From the NCBI RefSeq assembly GCF_018977255.1, contig NW_024704742.1, forward strand, positions 5,334,001-5,398,000: a stretch of 64,000 bases of DNA, read 5' to 3'. The notes under the pieces are model-generated. The model searched no databases and was not told where the DNA came from. It worked only from the letters and a program-made list of their open reading frames with translations. This document shows positions 1 to 13,250 of this stretch, piece by piece (within the stretch, counting starts at the first letter, position 1; every line of letters begins with the position of its first letter). The position numbers and the translations under genes were made by a program. The DNA is from Callorhinchus milii. Lineage: Eukaryota.

Positions 1-1354
1 AGACAACCCTGTCTCTCTCCTCTCGTGTTCTGGACCTGTCTTTTGCTGTAGAGATTACTTGAGGAATCTTCTTGACTGTTCTTTGTTTGTTTGTGTGTGT
101 GGGAGAGGGTGCGGGGGGGCTATTATTAATATTATTATAATAATAAGGACACAATTAAACTGCATTTAACGGTCTTGAATAAGAACCCTATCGGGGCCCA
201 ATTCTGCATGGTTTCATGCTTGTGTCTTGCAGCAACAGCAATGACTTGCAGTTGTCCAGTGGCCTTCATGCACAGTAAACGTCTCGTAGCACTTTGCCGT
301 AGCGAGAGCGGAGGGCGAGCAGGGGCGGGTGGTGGGGGTGGGGGAGAAGGGTGAGGTGACCGTAGGCACGGTCGAAGAGGTAGGTTTGAAGGCGGGGTGT
401 GAAGTCGTATGGAGAGGGAACGAGAAGAGAGAGAGAGAGAGGCGTTGAGGGAAGGAGTTGCAGAGGTTTGGAGCGTAGAGATGGAAAGCCTGAGTTAGCT
501 GAGCGGAGTAGAGAGGAGTGGGGTTTGTGGAGCTGAGATTACATGGACTCTCTTCGTTAGAACCCACGTCGCCAGCAACATAAAGCGGCCGCCTGGATTG
601 GACTTGCTTTCCAATTTCATTTAATTTGCATAGATTCAGTTGTTCCATCAAGCCATTCCCTCCCCGGTTGAGGTATGGGTTTGGATGCTGAATCCCAGCA
701 CTTTGGGATGTCCTCCTGACGTGAAAGGTGTTACACAAATGTATTTGTTATGTTTTTGGATCCACTTAACACTCCACACCCACGACTACATTGCATCACG
801 CTGGTTTAATGCTGTTTATACTCCTTAACTGCATTCCTCTCATTCCCGAGGATGTAATTAAGAACCGTGACTACAGATTATCAGCCAATTTTGGGTAGTA
901 GTATTATTATTCAGTCTCATTCAGTTGATGAAAGTTCGTTGCCCAGTTCACTGAAATAATCATATAGCTACGGGGACCGTAAAGATTGACACCTGGCAGC
1001 GTCGAATGCTCTCAGAACTCACGCTCTCTCTTTCTCTCTCGCTCTCTGAGCGCCAGTAAGCAAAAGGCCTGAGATCGAGTGGCTGGCCAGGCTATTGCGG
1101 TCAACCCCGTCAGCCTGCACCTCTTGGGGACTGTTAGGGGAGAGAGCGATGCCTGTTTGTGTCGGGGTCGATGAGGTTGCCCCCCCCCCCCCCCACCCCC
1201 CCCCCGAACTTGGGTTAATAAATTCTCGGGTTAATCTTGATTCTTGAACCAAGAGTGTACGTGTGCGTTAGTATCTGCAGGAATACTTCAGAAAGACATG
1301 CAGGAGAAATGTTACTAAAAGGTGCAGCGCTGTGTAGCTTTGCGCGTTACAGCG

Positions 1355-1725
1355 CTTGCATTTAGTACAGCGCCTGATCATGCCATCGAGACGTCTCAAA
1401 GCTTTTCGCAGGATATACTGCAGAGTGGCGTGGCTGTCTGTATTTTGTAGGTCAACTTGGCAGCCAATTTGCACACCCAGCAATGGCCGTAAACTGCCAT
1501 GGAGTGAACGACTTAATTTTATTTGGTGGATTGTTGGCCGGGACACCAGGAAGAATTGATTCTCTTTGCGTCTGGTGCCTTGGGATCCTTAACGTTCCAC
1601 CCGCACAGGCGCACGGGACCTCGGTTTAAAGTCTCATCCCGAAAGGACGGCACCTGAAAGCCCTGGGATGCCATCTTACACTTGTGTGGGTTCAAAGCCA
1701 CGACTTGGGGCTTGCAAACTGATGA
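1355..1725 (-). mobile_element. Older Deu-domain SINE (AmnSINE1/SacSINE1-like)
   Basis: The - strand reads gtgccgtcctttcgggatgagactttaaaccgaggtcccg...gttaaggatcccaaggcac...ctggtgtcccggccaa, matching my recollection of the Deu domain. Confidence 0.75.
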
Positions 1726-2059
1726 CTGGAGCGAGCGAGCGAGCGTGCGAGGGTCTGAGATCTGGACACGCACGAATTTAACAAAGTCCGGTCCGTTCTT
1801 TGCAACCGATAACTAAAAACCCCGTTGCGGTCCTTGTCTGCGCACTTCTGTTGTTGCAACACGCTGTCTGTCTGTTGTGTGTTTTGGAGCTGACTTCTCG
1901 TGGCTCATGACCTTGTGCCTTCGTGTGGCTGAGAGGCCAAACTGATCTGCTGCCAGAGAACTGTCAATCGTGGTTGGTATCAGGAGGCAGAGGGTGAGAA
2001 GGAATCAGATCGAATTGTTCCTCTGTCCCTCCCCACTTGCTGCCGTGAAGATGGAATCG

Positions 2060-2430
2060 TAGAATCTTACGGCACAGAAGGAGGTCGTTCAAATGCAAGG
2101 ATTATTATTATTATTATTATTATTATTCGGCCCATCATGTCTGTGGCTCTTTGAAAGCGCTGTCTAATTAGTCCCACTCCCTCGCTCTTTCCACATAACC
2201 TTGCAAATTTTTCCTTTTCACCTATACATCCGATTCCCTCTTGAAAGTTATTCTTGAATCTAGTGCATTCCAGATCGTAACAACTCACTGCATAAAAACA
2301 TTCTCCTCCATCTCCCCTCTGGCTCTTTTGTCAATTATCTTAAATCCGTGTCCTCTGGTTATTGACCCGTCTGCCAGGAGAAGCAGTTTCTTCTTATTTC
2401 CTCTTATCGATACCCTCCATAATTTTGAAG
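2060..2430 (-). mobile_element. CR1 LINE 3' end containing an antisense SINE-tail insert
   Basis: TRGHGFKI peptide and a gatgggccgaa...ccttctgtgccgtaagattcta tail. Confidence 0.85.
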
Positions 2431-4646
2431 ACCTTGGGTGGCCGTCAGGAGCTGCCTTCAACGACACGTCTGAGATTGGCGACTTGCCATGTAGGTGGCA
2501 ATACGCACCCTATTGTCCAGTTACTACGCAATCTGCTATCGTTGGCAGAATGGAAGGCATTGGCAGCTGCTGGTTACGTTATTGTTTTTCCTGCTTCGAA
2601 GTGTCGAAACCTTACCCTTCAGAACAATTCTCGTGGACTTGACCTTTAAGGCTGAAGCCACAAAATTCTTCAACTCCGTCTTCATTTGGAAACCGGTTTT
2701 CCGCGATCCTTAACAAAGCTTTTCACGTCAGAAGGTTTTTCGGGATAAACCCTGGAAGGGTTTTTAAACCCTCTGGCCCCTTCGTTTCCGAGATGATTCG
2801 CTGTGGGGTGGGACCAGTTGGTGTTTAGTGTGATCCTCGGGCTCATTAAATAAAAGATTTCTGGAGCTCAGTCATGCACGAGGTACCTTGAAAGTTGCTG
2901 TGTCTCATTTCTGTCCTGACTTGTCAGTGTGAGTGCTTGCTTCTAATGACTAGCTTAGAAGGCTCCTTGTAGAGACGCAGGTTGGCATAACAATATAATC
3001 AGTTGTTAGCTGGTGAACTGGGTTACAATATCGAAAGCACTTGTAAATAAAGAAACGTCTGTTTTGCTTTTCTTCCAGACGTACGCACTTATATAAAAAA
3101 AAAAGAAGCGCTTCTGTAAAGCAAGTCGTCATACAGCGTGTGTTCGTGTCATTTAAATTCCCTCGTAAGCACAGCAGTGAGTAAAGTCATTCAGTTCAGC
3201 ATCATCAGGGTTATTATGGCCAGTTGGCTAACATAAAGTGGACACCAGTAGAGCGGTGGGTCACAAATCAAAAGTGTGGAAAGCGGTAATAATTGTGGGT
3301 GGCCTTTTTCGGTGTGGGTTTTGTTTCCTGCGAGGGAGAATTGGTTGAGCTTTTGAAAACGCAAATTCTCTGTTGTAATTCCTGGGCGAAGAAGTTGGCG
3401 GCTCAGCAAACGGTTGTCCCACTTACATTTCTTCACCGGCCTTGCGCCCAACAGTTTTCATCTGACATCGTCGTTCCTTTTTCTGTCGTGCATTCAATAG
3501 GGGCGCAACCGTATTGTTCTCGGGCCGGATTGTGTATCTAGCAATTTCTTGAAGTTTATATGTGCGGGTATGTGTGCACACCTGGTGTGTATGCGTGTGT
3601 GTGTGTGTGTTGCCATGGAAAGAGTGAAAAGCTAAACAGAAGCCTCTGTACTATTGAACCAGCTGTAGTGCTCCATAATCCCTTTCCCACTTGTACGTGT
3701 GGAGTGAGAGGAACGGAATGGAGGTGTGTGGAAATCCTAACCCTCGGATGTACCTGGATAATAATAATAATAATAATAATACTTGCATTTGATGCAGCGC
3801 CTTATCACATCTTCAAGACGGAAGCGCAGTAAGCAGACTACCTGCAGGTTTTGTCAATGGTGACGTCCGTAAAGCTGGGTCCGCGGCATTGGATTTCGGG
3901 TTTGCTGGAATCAGTTGCTGGATAATAAGACAACTGCGTGCATGTGTCAGTCTGGCTCGGTAAAGAAAACACTACATCAGTGAGCGAGTAGTAAGGTTAT
4001 GAGGAACTGGCCCCCTAGGGAGACAGTGGAAGCAGACAATGTCATTTGTTTCAAGATCAAATTAGATAGGTTTCTGCTGGAAAATAATAGCTCAGGATAC
4101 AGTATGTGGTTTGGGACACGACCCGTCAAGTGATGGCCAGGATGCTGGAAAGTGAATTAAGATGGACTTTGGTCTAAATTCTTATGAAAAACGTCATGGT
4201 ATCTATCCTGAAATTGCCCTTTACAATCCTAAACCTTTGGCCTCTTGCTCTATTATTCTGGTGCGTCCTAAAGTATTGTTCTGGATTTACTTTTTCAATC
4301 CTATTTACAATGTCGAACACCTCCATAAAATCCCCTCTGAATCTCCTCAGAGAGCTCCAGGTTGTCTAATCTTGCTATTGAGCAAAATCCCCAAACCAAC
4401 TGAGTGACTGCATTGAACTTCAAGCATTTCACGTGGGAATACTGAGAGACATTGAGAAATATATGCAATGGGGCCACTGAAATAGAATGAGATACTTGTC
4501 GCAACTGGGACAAAAAAGGGAAATGTGTCAGCATGACTACCTTGGGAGGAGGGCTCTTCAGTTGAAAGACCGTGGAGAAACGAGAAGCTGGGCATCTAAT
4601 ACGTGACCCTGGGTTTGTGCAGGCTCATGAATTCTTAACCATCAAT

Positions 4647-4960
4647 GCTCAGTGGTTAAAGCGCTCGCCTCACAAGCGAGAGACCTGGGTTCGATTCCCG
4701 TCAGGTCAGGGCGAAACCTTGGGCAAGTTTCCTTACTCCACACAGAGCCTGATAATAATCCCTCAAAAAAAAAACGATAATAAATTGGTCACTTCAATCC
4801 ACGACTGTTTGTGGGACACCGCTGTGCGCAATTGGCTGCAGGGTTTCGCCCACAAATATACAGTCTATACACTTTACAGTGTACGCTGCGAAGCGCTTTG
4901 AGACGTCTAGAAGACGTGAAAAGCGCTACATCAAATACAAGGATTATTATTATATTATTC
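4647..4960 (+). mobile_element. tRNA-derived SINE (Ala-like head, Deu-type 3' half, L2-like tail, (ATT)n), short-middle subtype
   Basis: Box A (ctcagtgg) and box B (ggttcgattcc); tgtttgtgggac..gctgtgcgcaattggctgc core; tail aaatacaaggattattatt. Confidence 0.9.
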
Positions 4961-6647
4961 TGATTATTATCGTGTGCTGTAGCTCGCGTGTGTGCTAGAT
5001 TCTGGAACGAGAGAGGGCTGCACAAGCTGGAGGAGGCTTGGCTCTCATTGCTGGCTAAAAATAGGTGAATGGAACGACTGATTTCCGAACCGGAGCATCA
5101 AATCAAGACAAGCAGTGGGCACGTCCAACTCATTCAATGCAGAGCGTGTGCAATGCTGACAAGCCTGGAAGTAGACTCTGAAGGGTATGAGTATTGTAAG
5201 ACGGGAAATGTCCTGCCACCGTCCTATATGTGTGCCTGTTTTGTGTGTCCATTTAATTGAGCCATGTCCATTCTGAGAACCATACAGAGCACAATCAAGT
5301 GCTGGGGATAAAATGTGATACAGAACGTGAAACAAATGACCTGAAACCACATTGGCAATAGTTCCAGATGTACCAAACTGTGCATAATCTTTCATCTGAC
5401 CACACATAACTATTTGCCTACAAAACCCACATCGTTACACGTTAGAGTAAATCCTGTGAAGTGCTTAGAAACGTTCTCCCGACATGAAAGGCGCTGTGTC
5501 GAATGCAAGGATTATTATTAGTTTTTTTATTACAATTTGAGATGCGCAGTTATCAGAGGAAGACATGCTACGGATGATATTCAGGAATGTAGTGAAACTA
5601 GAGATCAGAATTGTTATTTTTCCCACAGGACACTGGTGATGTAGAACTCCTAACAAGCAATAAATGTTGGAACAGCACCTTCAAAAAACAGTAATCCTTG
5701 CATTCAGTGTAGCTCCTTATCACGTCATCAGAATATCTGAAAATGTGTCACAGGACTTCACTGTAAAGTGTAGTGACTTTGCCTTTGTAGGTGAACGTAT
5801 CTCCTTGTGTACAGTATTGGACGATATAAGGGTAAGTCCAGAGAGATGTGTTGCCTTTGGAGGGAAAAGAGGCCAGATTTGAATAGTGTAGAAGTATGGG
5901 TGGATGAATATTCTGTAATTTATGTTTTGGGGACTGAGACATGCCTTTGTGGAGGGTTGCCCAGGAGGTAAAGGCACTTGATAGATTAGGATTTGGTTGG
6001 AAGGATGGGAATTGATTGGCCTAATACTCTTTCCTTATCTGCGCTTTTGCATCTTGTTCTGTAAGAGTGATCTGAGATGTACACACTGTACAACAGGTTT
6101 GTCAGCACGAGTTAGAGATATACTGCACATCAGGATTGTCAGCATTGCTAAATTGATGAAGTCCTTTGCAAGTCTCACAAACTGGATCCCAGTAGGAATC
6201 AACCATATCTTTGTGAGTTGAATGAAAGTTGAATAGCTCTCTCTGTCTTTTGCTTCCTCCCTTTCTTCCTTCTTTTGCATATTGGTTTACGTTGATTGCA
6301 TTTGTGACCTCAATTGCATTGGAACTGCTTGTGGTTCAGCGAAGAGGGAAGGCACACTAGCCAGGCAAGGTGAGATTGGGCAGGAAATCTCTCTGCCGCA
6401 AGATAAATGCACAGGCACCGGAAACAATATGGATGGGAGACAGGGTCTAATCCTGCTTTTGAAACAAAAACGGTCTACGTTTGCTTTGGATCACGAAAGC
6501 AGCAATGCTGTGAATGTGGGAACGAGCACAGTAAATGGTTGACATTCCAATCGCATACGCGGTGGAGTACTAATGCCGGTCACTCATGCTGCTGACATGG
6601 GTATCAGTGCAATGTCTGGGGGTGTTTTTTGCTGTCAGGCAGCAGTT

Positions 6648-7000
6648 AATAATAAACCTTGCATTTGATGTAGCGCCTTATCGCGTCTTCGAGACGTCTC
6701 AAAACTTTTCACAGAATTATACAGTCAATTCAGTTGGCAGTATACGAAACGGGGGAGCCAATTGCGCACAGCAGCGTCCCCACAAACAGTCGTGAATTTA
6801 ATGACGGGATTACTATTATTATTTCTTAGAAGGGATTATTATTACCCCCGGAAAGTGATCCGCCCATCACCTAACAATTGGGTCCCTTCTTACCGATAGC
6901 TAAACAGAGGCTTGCCGGCGTAAGAAAACTTCCCTAAGGTTTTGCCCCCCCCCGCCCGGGAATCGAACCCGGCTCCTCTGGCTTGAGAGGCGAGTGATCC
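6648..7000 (-). mobile_element. tRNA-derived SINE, long-middle subtype
   Basis: Reverse complement of the same head, core and tail. Confidence 0.88.
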
Positions 7001-8915
7001 AACCAAGATGCTGGCGAGTCAGGTTAGAACAGCAACGGTATTGGAACTGAGGGGAGAGGAGAGGTAAAGAAGTGGGATTCTTCAACGAACTGGGCCCTGC
7101 TGTGAAGGCGACCATGTCAGATCAGCTGAGGACAGGTTCGGGCTCGGCCCCGATGTGCCCACGTTGAGCAGCCTCAAGGGAAATTCACCCTCGAGGCTGG
7201 CAAGGGCGCCGAGAAGGAAAAGTGGCGTCAAACGGGTTTGGGAGAGGATCGAGGATCAGCAGCGATGATCAACGCCACAAGTAATGATGCGTGCAAGCCA
7301 GAAAAGAGCCAGACTTCCTACAGACGAGGGAGTAGTCTTGTCCTGATCGCCGGTCGAGATGGTTTCGGGCTTTAGCGGATGTCCTGCGAGAGGCACCAAG
7401 AGATCGGAGAGCAGCCGATCAAAGTAAATGGCAAGAGATTCGGTTTGGGTGAAGAAGGCCCATTCGGCCGGTTTGAACTCGTTCTTCGAGAACGCTCCCT
7501 CTGCTGTCTTCGCGTCACAACGGCGAGCTGTTTCTTAAATGAAACAAGGGCGGTGGGAATGTACCGAAGCAGTGACTACAGCAGGCAGACTATATATTTT
7601 GAGTGAAATGACCACCCTGCAGTCCCAGGCTCATGATTCAGCTCATGATTCACTCTCCTCGCCCTCTCATTCATTCCATTGCTCTCAACAAATATCCACG
7701 GCTGTTTGTGGGAGGCTGCCGGGCGCCATTGGCTGCCATGTTTCGTCCACGAAGAATACAGTCCCTTCACTTTACAGTGTATTCCGTGAAGCGCTTTGAG
7801 ACGTCTCAACGATGTGATAGTGTGCTATATCTAATGCAACGATTTTTTATATATATATATATATATATATTATTCACGTGCAAACAGAACATAATCCAAA
7901 GTCTGGAATGATATGTTACAGAAATTCCCATCTCTTCTGCTCTTTGAATACTAATTTGAAGTTGCACATATTTGTGTACAGCTGCTATTTCCCCCTTGGC
8001 TTCTGTTCCCCAGCTTATCTCATCCAAACATCTGCTCAGAGGAGCGAAGGTTTTGTGCTTCATTGTATGCTCACTTTGTAACGTGCATTTGGTTTAAAGT
8101 TTGGAGGGAAAAATAGTGGGCACAAACAAGTGTGTTGAATTTGTGCTAATGGCTCTTCTTCGTTCACAATTAGATATTCAGTATTTCAAGCAGTTCCAGT
8201 GAAATGCCGAGTTGGTGCTATTCTGTTTGATCCGAGTCCTGCTGGTGGCTGATTGAGGTGTTACCAGCTGCGCTAGTTACAAAACAGGTCAGAAATGCTT
8301 TGCCGAATGCCTGAGTGTACTCCAGAAAGAACACTTGCCTGTGGAGTAGAAATGCTGCATTCCTTAGCTAAGCTCTGTGGCCTTTGAATGCCGGTGCGGT
8401 TACACACACTGTGTGGAGGAGGCAACCTGCTAAATGTCGACCCTTGTGCATCAAGCTACTTCTTCGTGTAACGATGGTCACAGCTGCTCTGTCGAATCTA
8501 TAGCCCATTCTAGGCTGTGACCGTACTCCCCATTTGGTAGCCGCAAGGAAGCTACAACTCGAGTGAAGGGCAAATTACGAATCCAGTGTCGAGTTGCAAG
8601 TCTTCGATAAACAGAAACTCGGGAGGTGGTAGAGGACGATTTGAGCGTCTAATTTGGGTTCGAGAGGAACAAAATACGGATCTAGCGATTAAATTACCAA
8701 CGATCGTAACTGTCTTCAGTGATACCTTGTCTCCTCTGCGTGTAAAACACTCAGAGCCTACAGGCTGGTGCATTATTCATTGGTTCACTTTCCTTTGCTG
8801 TAGCTCTGCTTCTTCTCTTGTTCCTTTCTCCCATCCGTTCACTGTGGTCCCTTCCCGATGCTGCCACCTGCTTTATCGTGTTCACGTAGGGGAATCGAGG
8901 GCAGAGGTGTAGGAG

Positions 8916-9227
8916 ATAATAATAATAATAATAATCCTTGCATTCGTCGGGAGGACGTCCCAAAGCGCTTCACAGAACACACTGTAAAGTGAATTGACTG
9001 TATGTTTGTGGGCGAACGCGGCAGCCAATTGCGCACAGCAATGTCCCACAAACAGTCGTAGATTGAAAATGACCAATTTATTATTGTTTTTTTGGTTTTG
9101 GAGGGATTATTATTAGGCTCTGTGTGGAGTAAGGAAACTTGCCCAAGGTTTCGCCCTCTGCCTGGAATTGAACTCAGGTATCTCGCTTGCAAAGCGAGTG
9201 CTCTAACCACTGAGCTACAGGACTCCA
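8916..9227 (-). mobile_element. tRNA-derived SINE with complete head, short-middle subtype
   Basis: Starts GGAGTCCTGTAGCTCAGTGGTTAGAGC on the - strand; ends in (ATT)n. Confidence 0.92.
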
Positions 9228-11309
9228 CCTGTCCTTTGGTGGCACTTTGGTGGCCATGAGTTGAGGCTCCTCGGTCTTTGATAAAGTCCTTGGTTTTTAT
9301 TTGGTGCCCGATAGGCTCCTGGCCAGATGGCTGTTTTCAATTATGTTGGGTTAGGAATGGAAAGTTCTCGTTTTTGCAATATTTGTCAAGCTGAGCACAT
9401 TTGTTTATGTTTCCAAATAAGGCACAGCAAGCAGCCGAAGAGATATTGATCACGATATCTTAAGGACTGGCTTCAAGTTCAGCCATGTTGCTTGCTATCT
9501 CACCCCTCTCTCCGTCTGTCTCTCTCTGCGTTGCAATATTATCTTTTTCTAAGTAATCGATCTGGTCTTTGATCCTCTAAATTTTCCTACAATGTCTTTC
9601 CAAAGCCCAGATACACACCCCATCCTACATGTTCTTTTGCCTTGCTGCCTCCTTAAATCATCATGTGCTTTTTCTAAGTTAATCCATTCCAGACCTAAAA
9701 ATCCTAAAACCTGCGGAACTCTTTCTCTTCCTCCAACAAGCTACAGGCTTTTAAAGCCAAGCTTAGGGTCACCTTATTGCTTAGTTTCTCTCTCTTACAC
9801 ACATCAGTTGAGTTTCTCAGTTTAAAGAGAGAGGCAATGGTTCACGAGTCTTCCAAGATTCCTCATTTTTTTTTGTTAACAATTCTGCAGAATGTTTAAT
9901 AGGGAAGATTAATGATTGAGCAAGAAATGAACCTTTTCTCCACCCCCTGTTGTCCCGAGATGGGAAACCAGTGGTGTTAGTTTTTAAAACCTATCAATGT
10001 TCATCTTAATATTAAAAGGATGCGTGTCTTAGTGGCATGTGCTAACAGAGTAGATTAAAGGTACTTGAAAAGGGAAGGGAGTTTTTCTCAGTGTCTCAGT
10101 CAACAATTCCCTCCAAATAAAATTGGTCAATCACCCAATTGCTGTTTGTGGGGCATCCTGGTGCCCAAATTGACTGCCGTGTTCCCCCACAAGCTCACCC
10201 GCGGTCGCAGAATCCTACGGTGTATCCTGTGAAGCGCATTGAGACGTATGAAGTGGCGACGAGGTTTGGTGAAGACAAAAAGGGCGAAAGAGACCGAAGT
10301 ATGAGAGTGGAGCTGAGAGGCAGCTTGGGGGCATCGTGCCATTTACAGTACAGTATATGTGTATGAAATGAACCAGAAAAGCCTCTGATGTGGGTGCCAG
10401 AACGTAATGGAAGCCTTTATGTTGATGAATACTCTTGTGTGTTTCAGCCTCCACCGGAAAAATTAGCTGAGAATTCCAAATGATATCCTGTACAATAGAG
10501 GATTGTTCCTCCCAACAGAGACTCTGTTGAATGGCTCCGAACACTGTGTCGCAGGGGTGGGGGGGTTGGGGGGGGGGGAAAACATGCAGGCGGGCAGTTA
10601 GATTAAACTACAGCTTTTCTCTTGCATGAGAGTGCCCCGAATCTTTTCCCAGCGGCAAATGGAGCGGTTCGGAACATTTTTTAAAAAGTTTCTTGTAAGA
10701 CTTTCTGACTGCAATGAATTCTGCGCTCTGCTCATTATTATTCAGTAGCTTTACACTGGAGAGCAGCAAGGAATGAATTGTTATAAGAATAATAATAATA
10801 ATAATGATACAGGGTGGGCGACATTTTGGTAGAACTTTGACGCATAGGGGAAATGCATTCACCTTTGTTAAGTGTGTTGTCTCGTGGCTGCAGAGAGCAG
10901 TGCACTGGAATTGGAGATGTCCACACATGGCCAGAAGTCCAGTATAAGACACTAGAACAAACACTAGGATACGGGTTTGGACTTGTTAAAGGCAATTGCA
11001 GGACACACACCAACCAGAAAGTATTTCTTTACTCAGAAGGTAATTAATGATTGCAATAGGTTTCCAGGAAGAGTGGTTGTGCCAGGACACAACTGATTAC
11101 AAATACCTCTCGATATTTTTATGAGAGGACGATGGAAGGATGAGATCAGATGGGCTGAAAGACCTTCTTTGTCTGAACCAATCTTATGAGCACCTTCTCA
11201 TACAGTCAGACAGTAAGAAGTGATCTTCGTTGCCTTGTGTTCTGTGTTACTGTTGATTTTGGAGTCCTGTAGCTCAACGGTTAGAGCACGCGCCTCGCAA
11301 GCGAGAGAC

Positions 11310-12128
11310 AAGGAAGTTACGAGGAAAGGCTGCGTAAACTTGGATGTATTCCCTTGAGTTTAGAAGGTTGAAGGGTGATTTGATTAAGGTATTTAAGATG
11401 ATAAAGGGATTTGATAGAGTAGATACAGAGAAACTATTTCTTCTGGTGGGAGAATTCCAAATCAAGGGGGGCAGAGTCTGAAAATTAGAACCAGGCCATT
11501 GAAGAGTGAAATCAGGAAGCATTTTTTCACTCAAAGGCTGGTAGAAATCTGGAATTCTCTCCCCCAAAAAGCCATGGATGCTGGATCCATCCACACCTTC
11601 AAGAGTGAGGTTGATCTCTCAGCCCCGAGGCTCTGGAACTCCATCCCCCAGTGCCTTCGCCTTCGCTTCCTCCCTTTCCTCCTTCAAGGCCGGTGGTCTC
11701 AAGACCTTTCTCTTTGACCGTGCCTTCAGCTCCCCTCTCGACTCTCTACCCCCTCCTCGCTCCCTCCCTTCCCTCCCCTCACCCTGACCATTCCCCCCTC
11801 CTCGCTCCCTCCCTTCCCTCCCCTCACCCTGACCATTTCCCTCCTCCTCGCTCCCTCCCTTCCCTCCCCTCACCCTGACCGTTTCCCCCCAATGCTCGGG
11901 TCATGACCCAACTGTACAGCGCCTTGGGACGTCCTCCCGACGTGAAAGGCGCTCTATAAATGGAATCTTGTTGTTGTTGTGATAGATTTTTAGTAGGTCA
12001 GAGTATTAACGGCTTTGGGGAGAAAGCAGGAAATTGAAATTAGTTGAGGTACAGATCAGCCATGATCTAATTAAATGACAGAACAGGCTCGAGGGGCTGA
12101 ATGGCCTCCCCCTGTTCCTATGTTCCTA
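11310..12128 (+). mobile_element. CR1 LINE 3' part (ORF2 C-terminus and tail), interrupted by an L2 at 11616-11979
   Basis: RRLKGDLIKVFKMIKGFDRV and EIRKHFFTQRLVEIWNSLPQKA peptides; ggctgaatggcct...tgttcctatgttcct tail. Confidence 0.92.
11616..11979 (+). mobile_element. Young 5'-truncated L2 LINE nested in CR1, TSD TGAT
   Basis: SAPRLWNSIP peptide, C/T-rich 3'UTR, stem-loop and (TTG)n tail; near-identical to 19920-20373. Confidence 0.92.
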
Positions 12129-12653
12129 ATTGCCTTCAACTGGGCACTGCATGTGAAATTGTCCAAATGAAGTAAAAAATGCATAGAATAAGTAATCTGA
12201 ATGGTAATTCAGGGCTGAGCATTTGACTTCACACGTGCTTGCTTGGGTATTTTTCAGCTCATCCATTATTTTTCCATCTTGCATTTATATAGCGGCCTTC
12301 ACACAGGTTAGTTTGAATTCACTAAAAGCCACGAATTATCCAGGGCAGAGGTGGGTTTAGGCCCTTTTACACAGAGACTGCTATCAGAGTGCTGAAGGCT
12401 TCAGCGCTGTCATTTTATCGGGTGTTAATGGCGTTGGCCCTTTCAACTACCAAGTTATCAGCGGAAAGCTTCAATATGTCTGATCTGAGCGCCAGCTTCA
12501 TCTATTACAAAGCAAAGCAATTTACACATTTATCAGGATTCAGCTGCAGTAGTCCCAGAGCTTGTCAATACGGAAGCCAGTCGAAGAACGTCCCACTGTT
12601 AACGACAAAACACAGTGTTGCAGAGCTACACTTGCCTTGGAGTAAAATAATGA

Positions 12654-12684
<31 letters not shown>

Positions 12685-12889
12685 AAGCATTGCTACGCAG
12701 CGTTGCTTTATGTGCCAATCTTATAAGGTGAAGAATGATCTGCTCTCTTATATCCTAACTGCCCTCCCCGCCACCCCCTCCCAGCAGTGTTATAGGGAGG
12801 ACAACAGCAGAGCGGGTTTCCTAAACTCCACACGTGGGGAACAGTCTCATCAGCTTTTAATCAAACGGTTTGTGCGCAGAGGATTCTGT

Positions 12890-13250
12890 ATGTTCCTGTG
12901 TCTCGCTGTCTCTTTCTCTTCTCTCTCTCTCTCTGTGTTGTGTGTCTGACCGTCTCTCTCTCTCTCTCTCTGTCTGTTTCTCTTGCTACCTCTTTCTCCT
13001 CTCTTGCTGTGTGTCGGTCTATTTGTGCGTGTGTTTGTGTGTGAGACGCCACTGAGCGCGAAGGGCGCTGTATAAATGCAAGTTGTTGTCGTCGGGTGTG
13101 TCTCTCTCTCTCTCGCTTTGTCTGTCTGTCTGCCTGTGTGTGTGTGTGTGTGTGTGTCTCTGACTGTCTGTGTGTCTATGTGTCTCCGAGTGTCTGTGTG
13201 CGTGTGTGCGTGTGCGTGTGTGTCTCTCTCTCTCTCCCTCTCACACGCTG
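12890..13250. repeat. Compound (CT)n/(GT)n microsatellite
   Basis: Visible dinucleotide runs. Confidence 0.95.

Noticed and set aside
9150..9227. tRNA-Ala-like sequences (also near 11261, 21801, 27997, 38560 and 63490)
   Set aside because: They are SINE heads: they run on into SINE or LINE bodies and lack a paired acceptor stem and a Pol III terminator.
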